Shown here piece by piece: positions 8,849-17,996 of a DNA stretch of 36,564 nt. Below the pieces are notes generated by a model, which did no database searches, had not been told where the DNA came from, and saw nothing but the letters and a program-made list of their open reading frames with translations. Made by a program: the position numbers and the translations under genes. Numbering within the stretch: the first letter of the stretch is position 1; every line of letters starts with the position of its first letter. This DNA comes from an uncultured Janthinobacterium sp. (GTDB lineage: Bacteria; Vulcanimicrobiota; Vulcanimicrobiia; Vulcanimicrobiales; Vulcanimicrobiaceae), in the NCBI GenBank assembly GCA_964658025.1, contig CAZZXB010000002.1:20064-56627 (forward strand), in the 5' to 3' direction.

Positions 8849-10660
8849 CTAAAACCAGGCTTCTTCCATCGTCAGGAACGTGTCGTCGAGCGAACGTAAG
8901 AGCGCGCCGTGGGTCGCGACGTTTTCGAGTTCGTAGCGGGCGTAGAAACGTGCGGTGTGACGCTTGCCGCGGGCGAAATCGTCGTCGCGGTCGCGGAGCG
9001 CGACGACCTGTTCGAGCCACATCCAGGCGATCGACGTGCGGCCGATCAGTTCCATGTACGCGGTCGCGTTCGCGAGCGCGAGCGGTGCGTTCCCGGGGAG
9101 CGCGCGTGCGAGCGATTCGGTCGTACGGACCGCTTCGTCGAGCGCGCCCGCGACCGCGTTCGCGAGTTCGGTCGCGACCGGATTCGCGGTGAGCGTGCGT
9201 GCCGCGGCGATCGATTTCCCGACGGCGGCGATCCAGAGTTCGAACGCGGCACCGTCGTGCATCACGGCCTTGCGTCCGAGCAGGTCGATGCTCTGGATGC
9301 CGTCGGTGCCTTCGTGGATCGGGTTGAGGCGGTTGTCGCGATAGAGTTGCTCCACGATGTACTCGCGCGAGTACCCGTATCCGCCGTGCACTTGGATCGC
9401 GAGATCGCTCGCGCGCACGCACGATTGCGACGACCATGCCTTGACGATCGGCGTGAGAAAATCGAGCAACGCCGCCGCATCGCGACGGACGGCGGCATCG
9501 GGCGCCGTGTCCTTCTCGTCGACGAGTTTCGCCGCGTAGAGACAGAGCGCGAGCGCGCCTTCGACGGCGGCTTTCTGTTCGAGCAACATCCGGCGGACGT
9601 CGGCGTGATCGACGATGTTCACTTGCGGCGAACGCGGATCGCGCTCGCCCTGCGCGCGACCCTGCTTGCGATCGCGCGCGTAACCGAGCGCCTGGAGATA
9701 CGACGCCGACGCGATCGCGGCCGCGCCGACTCCGATGAGCACCCGCGCTTCGTTCATCATGTGGAACATGTACTGGAGACCGCGATGCGGTTCGCCGACG
9801 AGATAGCCCGTCGCGCCGCCGTTCTCGCCGAAATTGAGCGCGCAGTTCACGGCGCCGCGGTACCCCATCTTGTGATTGACGCCCGCGACCGCGACGTCGT
9901 TTTTCTCGCCGAGCGAACCGTCGTCGTTGACGAGAAACTTCGGGACGATGAAGAGCGAGATGCCCTTCACGCCGGGCGGCGCGTCCGGAAGCTTCGCGAG
10001 CACGAGGTGGACGATGTTCTCGGAGAGATCGTGATCGGCGCCCGAGATCCACATCTTGTTGCCGATCACCGAGTACGTGCCGTCGCCGTTGGATTCGGCG
10101 CGCGTCGCGATCTCCGCGAGCGACGAACCGGCGTGCGGTTCGGTGAGGACCATCGTCCCGAAGAATCGACCTTCGAGTAACGGCTCGAGAAAGAGGCGCT
10201 TCTGCTCGTCGGTTCCGAAGGCGGCGATCACGTTCGCATTCGAGGACGTGAGAAACGCGTACGTCGCGGTGCCGGCGTTCGCGGCGAGAAAATACGCGAG
10301 CGCCGCCGTCGAGACGACGTACGGCAACTGGATGCCGCCGATCTCGAAATCGTGCGAGGCGGCGATCAGCCCGGCGTTGCGATACTCGTCGAGGGCGGGT
10401 TTGACTTCGGGGATGACGTGGACGCGGCCGTTCTCGAAGTACGGTTCGCGTGCGTCCGCGAGCGCGTTGTGCGGGGCGAAATACGCGGCCGCGAGGTTCG
10501 ACGCGAGATCGAGCGTCTGATCGAAACTCTCGCGGCTATGATCCGCGAAGCGCTCGCGTTCGAGCAGGCTCTCGACGTGCAGCCAGTCGTAGAGCAAGAA
10601 ATCGAGATTCCGACGGTCCAGGAGTTTCTCCGCCGCGGAGCCCGCAAAAGCGATCGCCAT
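8849..10660 (-). CDS. Acyl-CoA dehydrogenase (long, about 600 aa type)
   Basis: TMVLTEPHAGSSL, GNKMWIS, HKMG, MNEAR, IQVHGGYGY, PIHEGT. Confidence 0.95.
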   Translation of the reverse strand: MAIAFAGSAAEKLLDRRNLDFLLYDWLHVESLLERERFADHSRESFDQTLDLASNLAAAYFAPHNALADAREPYFENGRVHVIPEVKPALDEYRNAGLIAASHDFEIGGIQLPYVVSTAALAYFLAANAGTATYAFLTSSNANVIAAFGTDEQKRLFLEPLLEGRFFGTMVLTEPHAGSSLAEIATRAESNGDGTYSVIGNKMWISGADHDLSENIVHLVLAKLPDAPPGVKGISLFIVPKFLVNDDGSLGEKNDVAVAGVNHKMGYRGAVNCALNFGENGGATGYLVGEPHRGLQYMFHMMNEARVLIGVGAAAIASASYLQALGYARDRKQGRAQGERDPRSPQVNIVDHADVRRMLLEQKAAVEGALALCLYAAKLVDEKDTAPDAAVRRDAAALLDFLTPIVKAWSSQSCVRASDLAIQVHGGYGYSREYIVEQLYRDNRLNPIHEGTDGIQSIDLLGRKAVMHDGAAFELWIAAVGKSIAAARTLTANPVATELANAVAGALDEAVRTTESLARALPGNAPLALANATAYMELIGRTSIAWMWLEQVVALRDRDDDFARGKRHTARFYARYELENVATHGALLRSLDDTFLTMEEAWF

Positions 10661-10681
10661 GCTTGTCGCAATTCGACGCGC

Positions 10682-11035
10682 TCAGCCCGCACCGCTTCCG
10701 GACTCGGGATCCGCGCCGCGTCGGCACCCGAAATCGAGGGTCGTGCTGCACGCGCGGAAGTCGTGCGCGTTCGCCCCGCGCTTCACGACGATCGGGAACC
10801 GCGTCGCCGGAACGTCGTCCGACTCGAGCGTGATCGTCGCCACGCCCGGTTTGAGCGACCGTAATCGGAAATGACCGTCGCCGTCGGTTTTCGCCGTGGC
10901 GCTTCCCACGCGAACGGTCACGCCGACGAGCGGCTGCCCCGTCGTCACGTCGGTGATGCGACCGCCGAGCGTCGCGAGCACGACGGCCAAGACGGAGCAG
11001 AAACGGACGAAATTCGGTACGCGACGACGACCCAT
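10682..11035 (-). CDS. Secreted protein with carboxypeptidase-regulatory-like beta-sandwich domain
   Basis: Hydrophobic N-terminus, GRITD..TGQPL.GVTV, TD.DG.F.L..L.PG and a C-terminal Cys pair. The start is uncertain. Confidence 0.7.
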   Translation of the reverse strand: MGRRRVPNFVRFCSVLAVVLATLGGRITDVTTGQPLVGVTVRVGSATAKTDGDGHFRLRSLKPGVATITLESDDVPATRFPIVVKRGANAHDFRACSTTLDFGCRRGADPESGSGAG

Positions 11036-11135
11036 ACCCGTCGCCTCTTCCGTCCCCGACGCGCCATTCCGTTTCGCCGTCGATGCGACGGCGCGGGCGG
11101 TGGATTCCGCGCGTGCGTTCCGCGCGGAGGGTCGG

Positions 11136-11693
11136 TCACGCTTCCCCGAATAAGCCCGTCGGGAAGCCGTCCAAGCTCACCGCGTTTTTTTCGCGACGAT
11201 AGGTCTCGAGCTCGGACTCGCCTTTCGTTTCCGCCCAACGTGCGAGCGTGTCGCGCTCGCCGACGTAGTCGAAGAGCGGAACGCCGAATCCGCACGACGT
11301 CTGCACGAGATCGACGCGCAGGAGGACGATCTGCCGACTACCGGGCGGCTCCGCCGATTCGAACGCGCGCTCCAGGAGCGAACGATACGCGCTCGTTCCG
11401 CGCGCGTGGCTTTCCGCTTCGCCGTAGATCCGCAAGATCGTCGGCGGACCTTCGAAGGCGCAGAACATGATCGTCAAACGATTCGAAACGCGGAGATGCG
11501 CCGACGTCTCGCTCCCGCTCCCGGTGAGATCCCGGTAGCAGACGGTGCGATCGTCGATCACGCGGAACGCGTCGGTCGGCCGCGGCGAGACGTTGACGCG
11601 CCCGGTCGGAGCGGCGGACGCCGTGAAAAAGATACGTTGTGCCGCGACGAACGCGCGGTGCGATGCGAGCAGCGCGGGGAATCGTTTTGCCAT
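11136..11693 (-). CDS. Pyridoxamine 5'-phosphate oxidase family (FMN-binding split barrel)
   Basis: FFTASA, VNVSP, DLTGSG.ET.AH, RLTIMFCAF.GPP.ILR.YG, VQTSCG.GVP; GGAGG SD upstream. Confidence 0.88.
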   Translation of the reverse strand: MAKRFPALLASHRAFVAAQRIFFTASAAPTGRVNVSPRPTDAFRVIDDRTVCYRDLTGSGSETSAHLRVSNRLTIMFCAFEGPPTILRIYGEAESHARGTSAYRSLLERAFESAEPPGSRQIVLLRVDLVQTSCGFGVPLFDYVGERDTLARWAETKGESELETYRREKNAVSLDGFPTGLFGEA

Positions 11694-11859
11694 CGAAGCC
11701 TCCGATGACGTCGTTCCCGGTGCGTCCCCGACGATACCGGATGCGACGCGTGCGAATCGTTGCGTGCCGGTCGGACGTTCGCGGAACCGCGCGCGGTCCG
11801 GCGCTCGGTTCGCCGCGGGCGGGAGGGCACGATTCCCCGACGCGCGACGTTATCGTAGC

Positions 11860-12609
11860 ATGAAGATCCGCACGCTTTTCGGGGCGCTCGCCTGCGCGAC
11901 GCTCGCCGTTCTTCCGCTCGTCGCGCCCGCGCAGAACGTCGACGCCGCCTCGGTCGCATCGTCCGCGCCGTCGGTGAACGTGACGGGCCAAGGTCGCGTC
12001 GAACGGTCGCCCGATCGCGCGCGCGTCTCGCTCACGATCGTGACCGCCGACAAGGACGCCGTGCGATCCGGCGGCGCGAACACGACGATCTATAACGCCT
12101 TCCTCGGAAAGGTCGCCGCGTTCGGCGTGACGGCGGCCGACGTTCACACGAATTCGTACGACGTCGCGTTCGTGCCGCCCGCACCGCGGGATCTCCCGCC
12201 CGATCAACGGCAGCCGCGCTACGGATACGTGACGACGCGCGAGCTCTCGGTCGTGGTCTCGCCGCTGGACGCGGCCGGGAAAATCGTCGACGCGGCGACC
12301 GCCGCGGGCGTCACGCAGATCGGCGACGTCGGGTTCGAGCTCAAGGATTCGCACGGCGCGGAGCTCGCGGCGATCGCGAGCGCCGTTCGCGACGCTCGCG
12401 AGAAAGCGCAGACGATGGCGACCGCGGCCGGCGTCACGCTCGGTCGCGTTCGCTCGATCAGTTCGAGTTCCGACTACGAACCGCAACCGATGCCGCGGAT
12501 GGCCGCACGCGCGAGCTCGATGGCCGCCGCCGCGCCGCCGACGCAGATCGCGCCGAGCGGCCCGACGGTCGTCACCGCGACCGTCACCGTCACGTACGAC
12601 GTGAAGTAG
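11860..12609 (+). CDS. SIMPL domain (DUF541/YggE-like) secreted protein
   Basis: Signal peptide, VNVTG.G.V...PD.A, A...AV.DA..KA...A...GV.LG and a C-terminal VTVTY. Confidence 0.9.
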   Translation: MKIRTLFGALACATLAVLPLVAPAQNVDAASVASSAPSVNVTGQGRVERSPDRARVSLTIVTADKDAVRSGGANTTIYNAFLGKVAAFGVTAADVHTNSYDVAFVPPAPRDLPPDQRQPRYGYVTTRELSVVVSPLDAAGKIVDAATAAGVTQIGDVGFELKDSHGAELAAIASAVRDAREKAQTMATAAGVTLGRVRSISSSSDYEPQPMPRMAARASSMAAAAPPTQIAPSGPTVVTATVTVTYDVK

Positions 12610-12654
12610 CGAGCTCTCGCCCGGCGACGATGCCGACGTTGGTCGACGCCGAGA

Positions 12655-13566
12655 TCATGCGGCCGAGGTCTTGCGCTTCGTCGGTTGTTTTTTCTTCGGC
12701 TTCGCGTCGGACGCGTCGGAATGCGAATCGGAGGCGGAACCGGCCGCCGCGCGGGCCTTCGCGGCGGCCGGTTTCGCGGCGGCGCCGTCTTTCTTTTGCG
12801 AGGCTTCGAGGCTCTTCTGCAACACGTCCATGAGGTTGACGACGTTATCGCGGCGCGGCGCGGGCGCGTCGTCTTTCGGGATCTCCTTGCCCGCGGCGCG
12901 GGCCTCGATCATCGCGAGCATCTGCTCGCGGTACGTGTCCTTGAAATTCTCGGCGTCGAAGGCCTCGGTCATCGTGTCGATGAGCATCCGCGCGACCTTC
13001 ATCTCGTTGTCGGCGGGTTTCTCCGAAGCGGGGAGTTCGAGCGATTTCACGTCGACGATCTCGTCTGCGAAATGCATGAGTTCGAGCACGAGCGCGTCGC
13101 CGTGCGGTTTGAGCGCCGCGAGATGTTCGCGCGAGCGGATCACGACCTTCGCGATGCCGACCTTCCCCGACGTTTTGAGCGCCTCGCGTAGGAGCGCGTA
13201 AGCGTGGCGGCCGCGCTTCTCGGGCTCCAGATAATACGGCTTATCGAAGAACATCGGATCGATCTCGGAGAGGTCGACGAACTGCACGATGTCGACCGAC
13301 TGCGTCGCCTCGGGATTGACGCGATCGAAATCCTCGTCGCTCACGATGACGTAGCGGCCCTTTTCGTATTCGTAGCCGCGCACGAGATCGCCGTACTGCA
13401 CTTCCTCGCCGTCGAGCGAGCAGCGTCGCACGTTGTTGATGCGGCCCTCGTCCGTCTTGTGTAAGAAATTGAAGCGGAGATCGTTCGTGCGGATCGCCGT
13501 CTGGAGTTTGACGGGGATCGTCACGAGTCCGAAGTTGATCGCTCCCGACCAGATCGCGTGCGCCAT
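12655..13566 (-). CDS. ku: Non-homologous end-joining protein Ku
   Basis: AIWSGAINFGLVTIPVKL, LVRGYEYEKG, FFDKPYYL, VVNLMDVLQKSL and a basic C-terminal tail. Confidence 0.97.
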   Translation of the reverse strand: MAHAIWSGAINFGLVTIPVKLQTAIRTNDLRFNFLHKTDEGRINNVRRCSLDGEEVQYGDLVRGYEYEKGRYVIVSDEDFDRVNPEATQSVDIVQFVDLSEIDPMFFDKPYYLEPEKRGRHAYALLREALKTSGKVGIAKVVIRSREHLAALKPHGDALVLELMHFADEIVDVKSLELPASEKPADNEMKVARMLIDTMTEAFDAENFKDTYREQMLAMIEARAAGKEIPKDDAPAPRRDNVVNLMDVLQKSLEASQKKDGAAAKPAAAKARAAAGSASDSHSDASDAKPKKKQPTKRKTSAA

Positions 13567-13582
13567 GCTACGGCGGTCCTCT

Positions 13583-14542
13583 CTAACCCCAGCCGGTGCG
13601 CGCTTTCGCGAGCGCCGGTTCGAGGGCGTGCTCTTCCCAGTGGTCCGCGCCCCAGAGATCGCCGTTCGCGGCCAGACGGCGGCTTGCGTTCTTCAAGGTG
13701 AAGCGCGCGAATTCACCCTCGGTCTCCCGGGCGCGTTTGCGCGTCATCGCTTCGACCTCGGACCATTCCAGGGGCATCGACACGGGGGCGCCCGCGCGGG
13801 CGCGGACGCTGTAGGGGGCGACCATCGTCTTGCCCTCGCCGACTTGCACGTAGTCGAGGTAGACCGTGCCGGACGGACGCTTTTTCGGCATCCGTTCGAG
13901 GGTCGTCGTGTCGGGGAGTCGACCGTTCAGCGTCCGCGCGACGATCTCGGCGAACGCGCGCGCGGTCGCGTAATCGTACCGCGGCTCGAGCGGGACCACG
14001 ACGTGGAGACCCGAACCGCCCGAACTCTTGACGAGCGTCGCGAGCCCGACTTCGGCGAGCAGGTCGCGCAAGGCGACCGCGGTTTTCGCGAGCGTGGCGA
14101 TCGTGCACCCGTCGAACGGATCGAGATCGAAAAAGAGAAACTCCGGGATCTCGAGCGTCGGGACGTGCGACGTCCAGACGTGCAGGACGATCGCCGCGAG
14201 GTTCGCGACCCACGCGAGCGCGGCTTCCTCGTTACAGCGTAAGAAGGCGATCGTGTTGCGGCGACCGTTCTCGCTCGGCACCTCGATCGTCGGAATCCAG
14301 GCGGGGACGAACTTCGGCGCGTGCTTCTCGAAAAACGATTCGCCGTCGATCCCGTCCGGAAAGCGTTCGAGCGTGAGCGGTCGATCGACGAGATGCGGCA
14401 ACATCACGGGCGCGACGCTGCGATAATACGCGACGAGATCGCCTTTCGTGTACCCGTCTTGCGGGAAGAGGATCTTATCCTTATTGGAGAGCGAGAGCGT
14501 CCGTCCGCCGATCTCGAGCGGCTCCGTCGTCCGCGCGCTCAT
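13583..14542 (-). CDS. Stand-alone LigD polymerase (AEP primase-polymerase) domain protein
   Basis: SNKDKILFP, TKGDL..YY, RFPDG, FFEK, FDLDP, KSSG..GLHV, YLDY, APYSVR. Start ATG at 14542. Confidence 0.93.
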   Translation of the reverse strand: MSARTTEPLEIGGRTLSLSNKDKILFPQDGYTKGDLVAYYRSVAPVMLPHLVDRPLTLERFPDGIDGESFFEKHAPKFVPAWIPTIEVPSENGRRNTIAFLRCNEEAALAWVANLAAIVLHVWTSHVPTLEIPEFLFFDLDPFDGCTIATLAKTAVALRDLLAEVGLATLVKSSGGSGLHVVVPLEPRYDYATARAFAEIVARTLNGRLPDTTTLERMPKKRPSGTVYLDYVQVGEGKTMVAPYSVRARAGAPVSMPLEWSEVEAMTRKRARETEGEFARFTLKNASRRLAANGDLWGADHWEEHALEPALAKARTGWG

Positions 14543-14552
14543 CCGCCGACCC

Positions 14553-16211
14553 TCACGAACGCGGCGCTCGCTTGGCGCGCTCGCGGACGATCTCGCGCGC
14601 GTCGCGGTCCTCGCGGAGCGCGACGAACACGGGCTGGCGCAACTGGCCGTCGCGCGTCCATTCCGCAAACGTCACTTCGGCGACGAGCGTCGGCGCGACC
14701 CAATGCGCGGGCGCGTCCGTTTTCGGTTTCGTCGCGAAGGGCGACGTCGCGCGCGCGAGCGGTTCGAGTTTTTTCGCGATCGCGGTGAGTTTGCGGCGAT
14801 CGAAGCCCGTTCCGACGGACCCCGCGTACGCGAGCTCGCCGTCTTCGTACGTTCCGACCAATAACGCGCCGAAATGTTCGCGGCCACCGCGGCCCTCGGT
14901 CCACCCGCCGACGACGAACTCCTGACGCGCGAGGCGTTTGATCTTGAGCCAGTCGGCGCTCCGTCGCGAGACGTACGTCGAGGCCCGCTTTTTCGCGACG
15001 ATCCCCTCGAGATCGCGCGATCCCGCGAGTTCGAATAATTTTATCCCGTCGCGCACGACGTGTTTGCTGAACATCGCGGGTCCCTCACCCGTCAGCAGCG
15101 CTTCGAGCGCGGCCTTGCGCGTTTCGAGCGGTTCGGCGCGTAGATCGCGACCGTTCCCGTACGGCAGATCGAAGGCGACGAACGTGACGTCGCGGCGTTT
15201 TTCGCCCCGACGTCCGAAGCGATCGAGTCGTTCCTGCAACGCGGCGAACGACGGTCGACCCTCATCGTCGAGGACGACGATCTCGCCGTCGACGACGACC
15301 GGCCGCTCGCGAAACGCGCTCGCGAGCCCCGCGAGCTCTTCGAATTTTTTCGTGAAGTCGTTGCCGTTCCGCGAAACGATCGAGACGACGCCCTCGCGAT
15401 CGATCGTGACGAGCGCGCGATAGCCGTCCCACTTGAGTTCGAAGAGCCAATCGTCGCCGTCGAACGGCGCGTCGACGGGCGTCGCGAGCATCGGCCCGGC
15501 GAGCGTCGGAACGGGTTCGATCTCGGCGGAAGCGGCCTTCGCGCGCGGGCCGCGCGCGGCGGTCTTCGCGCGCGGGCCGCGCGCGGCGGCCTCGGGCGAG
15601 GTCCACGTCGCCGGATGCCGCTCGGCCGCGATGTCCGCGAGCGATTTCCCGGTCTTCACCGACGCCGCGTGATCGTCGATACGCCAGGTCGGATCGACCG
15701 CGTCGTCGCGTTCCTTGACGAGCAGCCACGCGTTCTCTTCGCCGTCGCGGCCCTTGATCCGAACGAGCGCGAACGCGCCGTGCAGTTTTTTGCCGCGCAT
15801 CTCGAACTTGAGCGAACCGCTCGCGATCTGCGCCGTCGGATCGGTCCCCTCGATCAGGCGATACGTGCCTTCATCCCACACGATCACCTCGCCCGCGCCG
15901 TAATTACCGTCCGGAATGACGCCCTCGAAATCGCGATAGTCGAGCGGATGGTCTTCGACGTGCATCGCGAGCCGTTTGTCGTGCGGATCGAACGACGGGC
16001 CCTTCGGGATCGCCCACGACTTGAGCACGCCGTCGGCTTCGAGACGGAAATCGTAATGGAGTCGCGTCGCCCGATGCTTCTGCACGACGAACCGGAGGCG
16101 TTTCGTCGACGTGCGCGCCGCGGCGGCACCCGACGGCTCGGGCGTTTTCGAGAAGTCGCGCTTGCGCGCGTAGCGTTCGAGCGCGGTCGGCGGCTTCGCA
16201 GGTTTCGCCAC
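14553..16211 (-). CDS. ligD: LigD 3'-phosphoesterase + ATP-dependent ligase (no Pol domain)
   Basis: PE: YARKRDF..TPEP, VQKH.A.RLHYDFRLE, SWAIPKGPS, VEDHP.DY. Ligase: ELKWDGYR, DGEIV, AFD, EGIVAK, WLKIK and OB-fold VGTGF. GTG start at 16211 is inferred. Confidence 0.93.
   Translation of the reverse strand: MAKPAKPPTALERYARKRDFSKTPEPSGAAAARTSTKRLRFVVQKHRATRLHYDFRLEADGVLKSWAIPKGPSFDPHDKRLAMHVEDHPLDYRDFEGVIPDGNYGAGEVIVWDEGTYRLIEGTDPTAQIASGSLKFEMRGKKLHGAFALVRIKGRDGEENAWLLVKERDDAVDPTWRIDDHAASVKTGKSLADIAAERHPATWTSPEAAARGPRAKTAARGPRAKAASAEIEPVPTLAGPMLATPVDAPFDGDDWLFELKWDGYRALVTIDREGVVSIVSRNGNDFTKKFEELAGLASAFRERPVVVDGEIVVLDDEGRPSFAALQERLDRFGRRGEKRRDVTFVAFDLPYGNGRDLRAEPLETRKAALEALLTGEGPAMFSKHVVRDGIKLFELAGSRDLEGIVAKKRASTYVSRRSADWLKIKRLARQEFVVGGWTEGRGGREHFGALLVGTYEDGELAYAGSVGTGFDRRKLTAIAKKLEPLARATSPFATKPKTDAPAHWVAPTLVAEVTFAEWTRDGQLRQPVFVALREDRDAREIVRERAKRAPRS
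15537..15589. repeat. 27-bp tandem duplication in the ligD interdomain linker
   Basis: cttcgcgcgcgggccgcgcgcggcgg occurs at 15537 and at 15564, encoding AARGPRAK twice. Confidence 0.85.
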
Positions 16212-16283
16212 GCTCGGGGTGTCGTGAATCGGGCGGTCGGCTTCCTGCCGGATCGGGTTCGATCGTGAAGAAAGGGCGTCGTC

Positions 16284-16823
16284 GTGCAAGATCACGCGCA
16301 CCACACGCCGTGGCTCACCGTCGCGATCGTCGCGGCCGTCGTCGTCCGCTTTCTCGTGCGCGACCTGCGCGATCGTCGCATGCGTGCGGGTCCCGGCCTC
16401 TTCGTCGTCCCCGCCTTCGTCGGCGCGCTCGCGCTCCTCTCCGTCGGCTCGGCCGCCGTGCTCGCGCCGAGCCACCTCCCCGAACTCGCGATCGGATCGC
16501 TCGTGTCGGCGGTCGTCGGCGCGGGCATCGGACTCGCCGTCGCGCATTTCACGACCGTCCGGGCCGCGGTCGGCGACGCCGCGCGCGATACCGTCGTCGT
16601 CCGCGGCTCGTACGCGACGGTCGCGATCTGGGTCGCCGCGCTCGCCTTACGCTTCGGAGCGCGCTATGCGGTCGGCGTCGGAGCCCGCGGCGAGGCGACC
16701 GCCGCGAACGCGTCGCTCGTCGTGATGATCGCGACGATCGTGTTCGTCGTCCGGTACCGCGTGCTCGTCGAAGGTCGCGCCGTTCTCGCGGCGCATCGCA
16801 CCGAGCCCGTCGCCGCGTTATGA
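16284..16823 (+). CDS. Small integral membrane protein (DUF1453/CcdC-like)
   Basis: About 5 hydrophobic helices; the VRG....IW.....LR pattern resembles DUF1453. Confidence 0.6.
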   Translation: MQDHAHHTPWLTVAIVAAVVVRFLVRDLRDRRMRAGPGLFVVPAFVGALALLSVGSAAVLAPSHLPELAIGSLVSAVVGAGIGLAVAHFTTVRAAVGDAARDTVVVRGSYATVAIWVAALALRFGARYAVGVGARGEATAANASLVVMIATIVFVVRYRVLVEGRAVLAAHRTEPVAAL

Positions 16824-17996
16824 AACGGTCGGGCGCGCGGAAGCCGGCACCCCGGCCCGACGCGCGAGCGCGCGTCCGATCCGCAGGATCGGACGTTCGA
16901 ACCCGTAGGTCGCGAGCGTCGCGACCGCGATCGCGACGACGACGGCGAGCGCCATGAACGACGCCTGCCAGCGGGGATCCGCTTGCGGCGACGCGCCGAT
17001 CCAGTTCGGAACGCGATGCGCGCGCAGCGCGTAGGCGATCTCCTGATGCCACAGGTACGCGTTGTACGAGATCGCCGACACGAAGGTGAGCAACGGATTC
17101 GCCACGAGCCGCTGTAACGCCGCGACCGCGAACAACGTGCCGACCGTGAAGACGACGTAACTCAGCGCGAAGGCGCTCCGCCATTTGATGAGCCAGCCCA
17201 TCGGCCAATCGCTCTCGCGCCGCGTATCGAAACCGTTCTGGAGCAGTGCGTAGAACGCGACGTACCCCGCGAGCGCGATCGCCGTCCACATCCACTTTTT
17301 TTCCGCCAGCGACGGCCGACGTTCCGCGACGTACGCGTAGGCGTGCGCGCCGAGCATCCCCGCGGCGAAAAAATCGATCTCGCCGGGGAGTTGTTCGTGT
17401 AAGAAGATGAGTTGGTCGCGATCGCCCGGCAGATGGTACACGACCGCGCGAAACGCGAGCGCGAGCGCGAACGCGCCGCCGTAGACGAGCCCCGGACGCA
17501 CGAGAAACGGAAAGACGACGTAGAACTGCACTTCGACGGCGAGCGTCCAGAGGACGCCGCTGATCGACCCGAGCGTATCGGGAAACCAATTGTGGACGAA
17601 GAGCAGATGGAGCACGACGTCCCGCGCCGCGGCGCCGAACGACGGGTACGCGGCGGAGCCGCCGAGCGCGAGCGCGCCCGCGATCGCGAGCCAATACGAC
17701 GGGAGGATCTTGAACGCGCGCCGGAGCGCGTACGTCCGCGGCGATTGCCACGGCGTCCCCGCGAAGCGGCTCCGCGCGTACGGATAGAACAGACAGAAGC
17801 CGCTGATGAAAAAGAACAGATCGACGCCGACCATACCGTCTTCGGGGAAGACGTTGAAGTTATAGGCGTTTCCGAGGACGACGATCGTCGCCGGGAGCCA
17901 GGTGATCTGCCAGAGGTGGAACCACCACACGAGGATCGTCGCGAGCCCGCGCAGCCCGTCGAGCGGCGCGAGGTGTTCGGCCGGGCGCACGTTCAC
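16818..17996 (-). CDS. Acyltransferase family 3 (OafA-like O-acyltransferase)
   Basis: LDGLRGLA, GVDLFFFISGF, RRAFKILPSY, WTLAVEVQFY, ISYNAYLWH. The GTG start overlaps the upstream TGA. Confidence 0.93.
   Translation of the reverse strand: MNVRPAEHLAPLDGLRGLATILVWWFHLWQITWLPATIVVLGNAYNFNVFPEDGMVGVDLFFFISGFCLFYPYARSRFAGTPWQSPRTYALRRAFKILPSYWLAIAGALALGGSAAYPSFGAAARDVVLHLLFVHNWFPDTLGSISGVLWTLAVEVQFYVVFPFLVRPGLVYGGAFALALAFRAVVYHLPGDRDQLIFLHEQLPGEIDFFAAGMLGAHAYAYVAERRPSLAEKKWMWTAIALAGYVAFYALLQNGFDTRRESDWPMGWLIKWRSAFALSYVVFTVGTLFAVAALQRLVANPLLTFVSAISYNAYLWHQEIAYALRAHRVPNWIGASPQADPRWQASFMALAVVVAIAVATLATYGFERPILRIGRALARRAGVPASARPTVS

Noticed and set aside
11034..11060. GGGTAT SigB-like -10 at the start of the 10682-11035 gene
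   Set aside because: There is no GTTT-like -35 at the right spacing and it overlaps the ATG, so support is too weak.
15160..15185. Ligase motif IIIa reads FDLP instead of FDLL
   Set aside because: The key Phe-Asp and the other ligase motifs are intact, so there is no evidence of inactivation.
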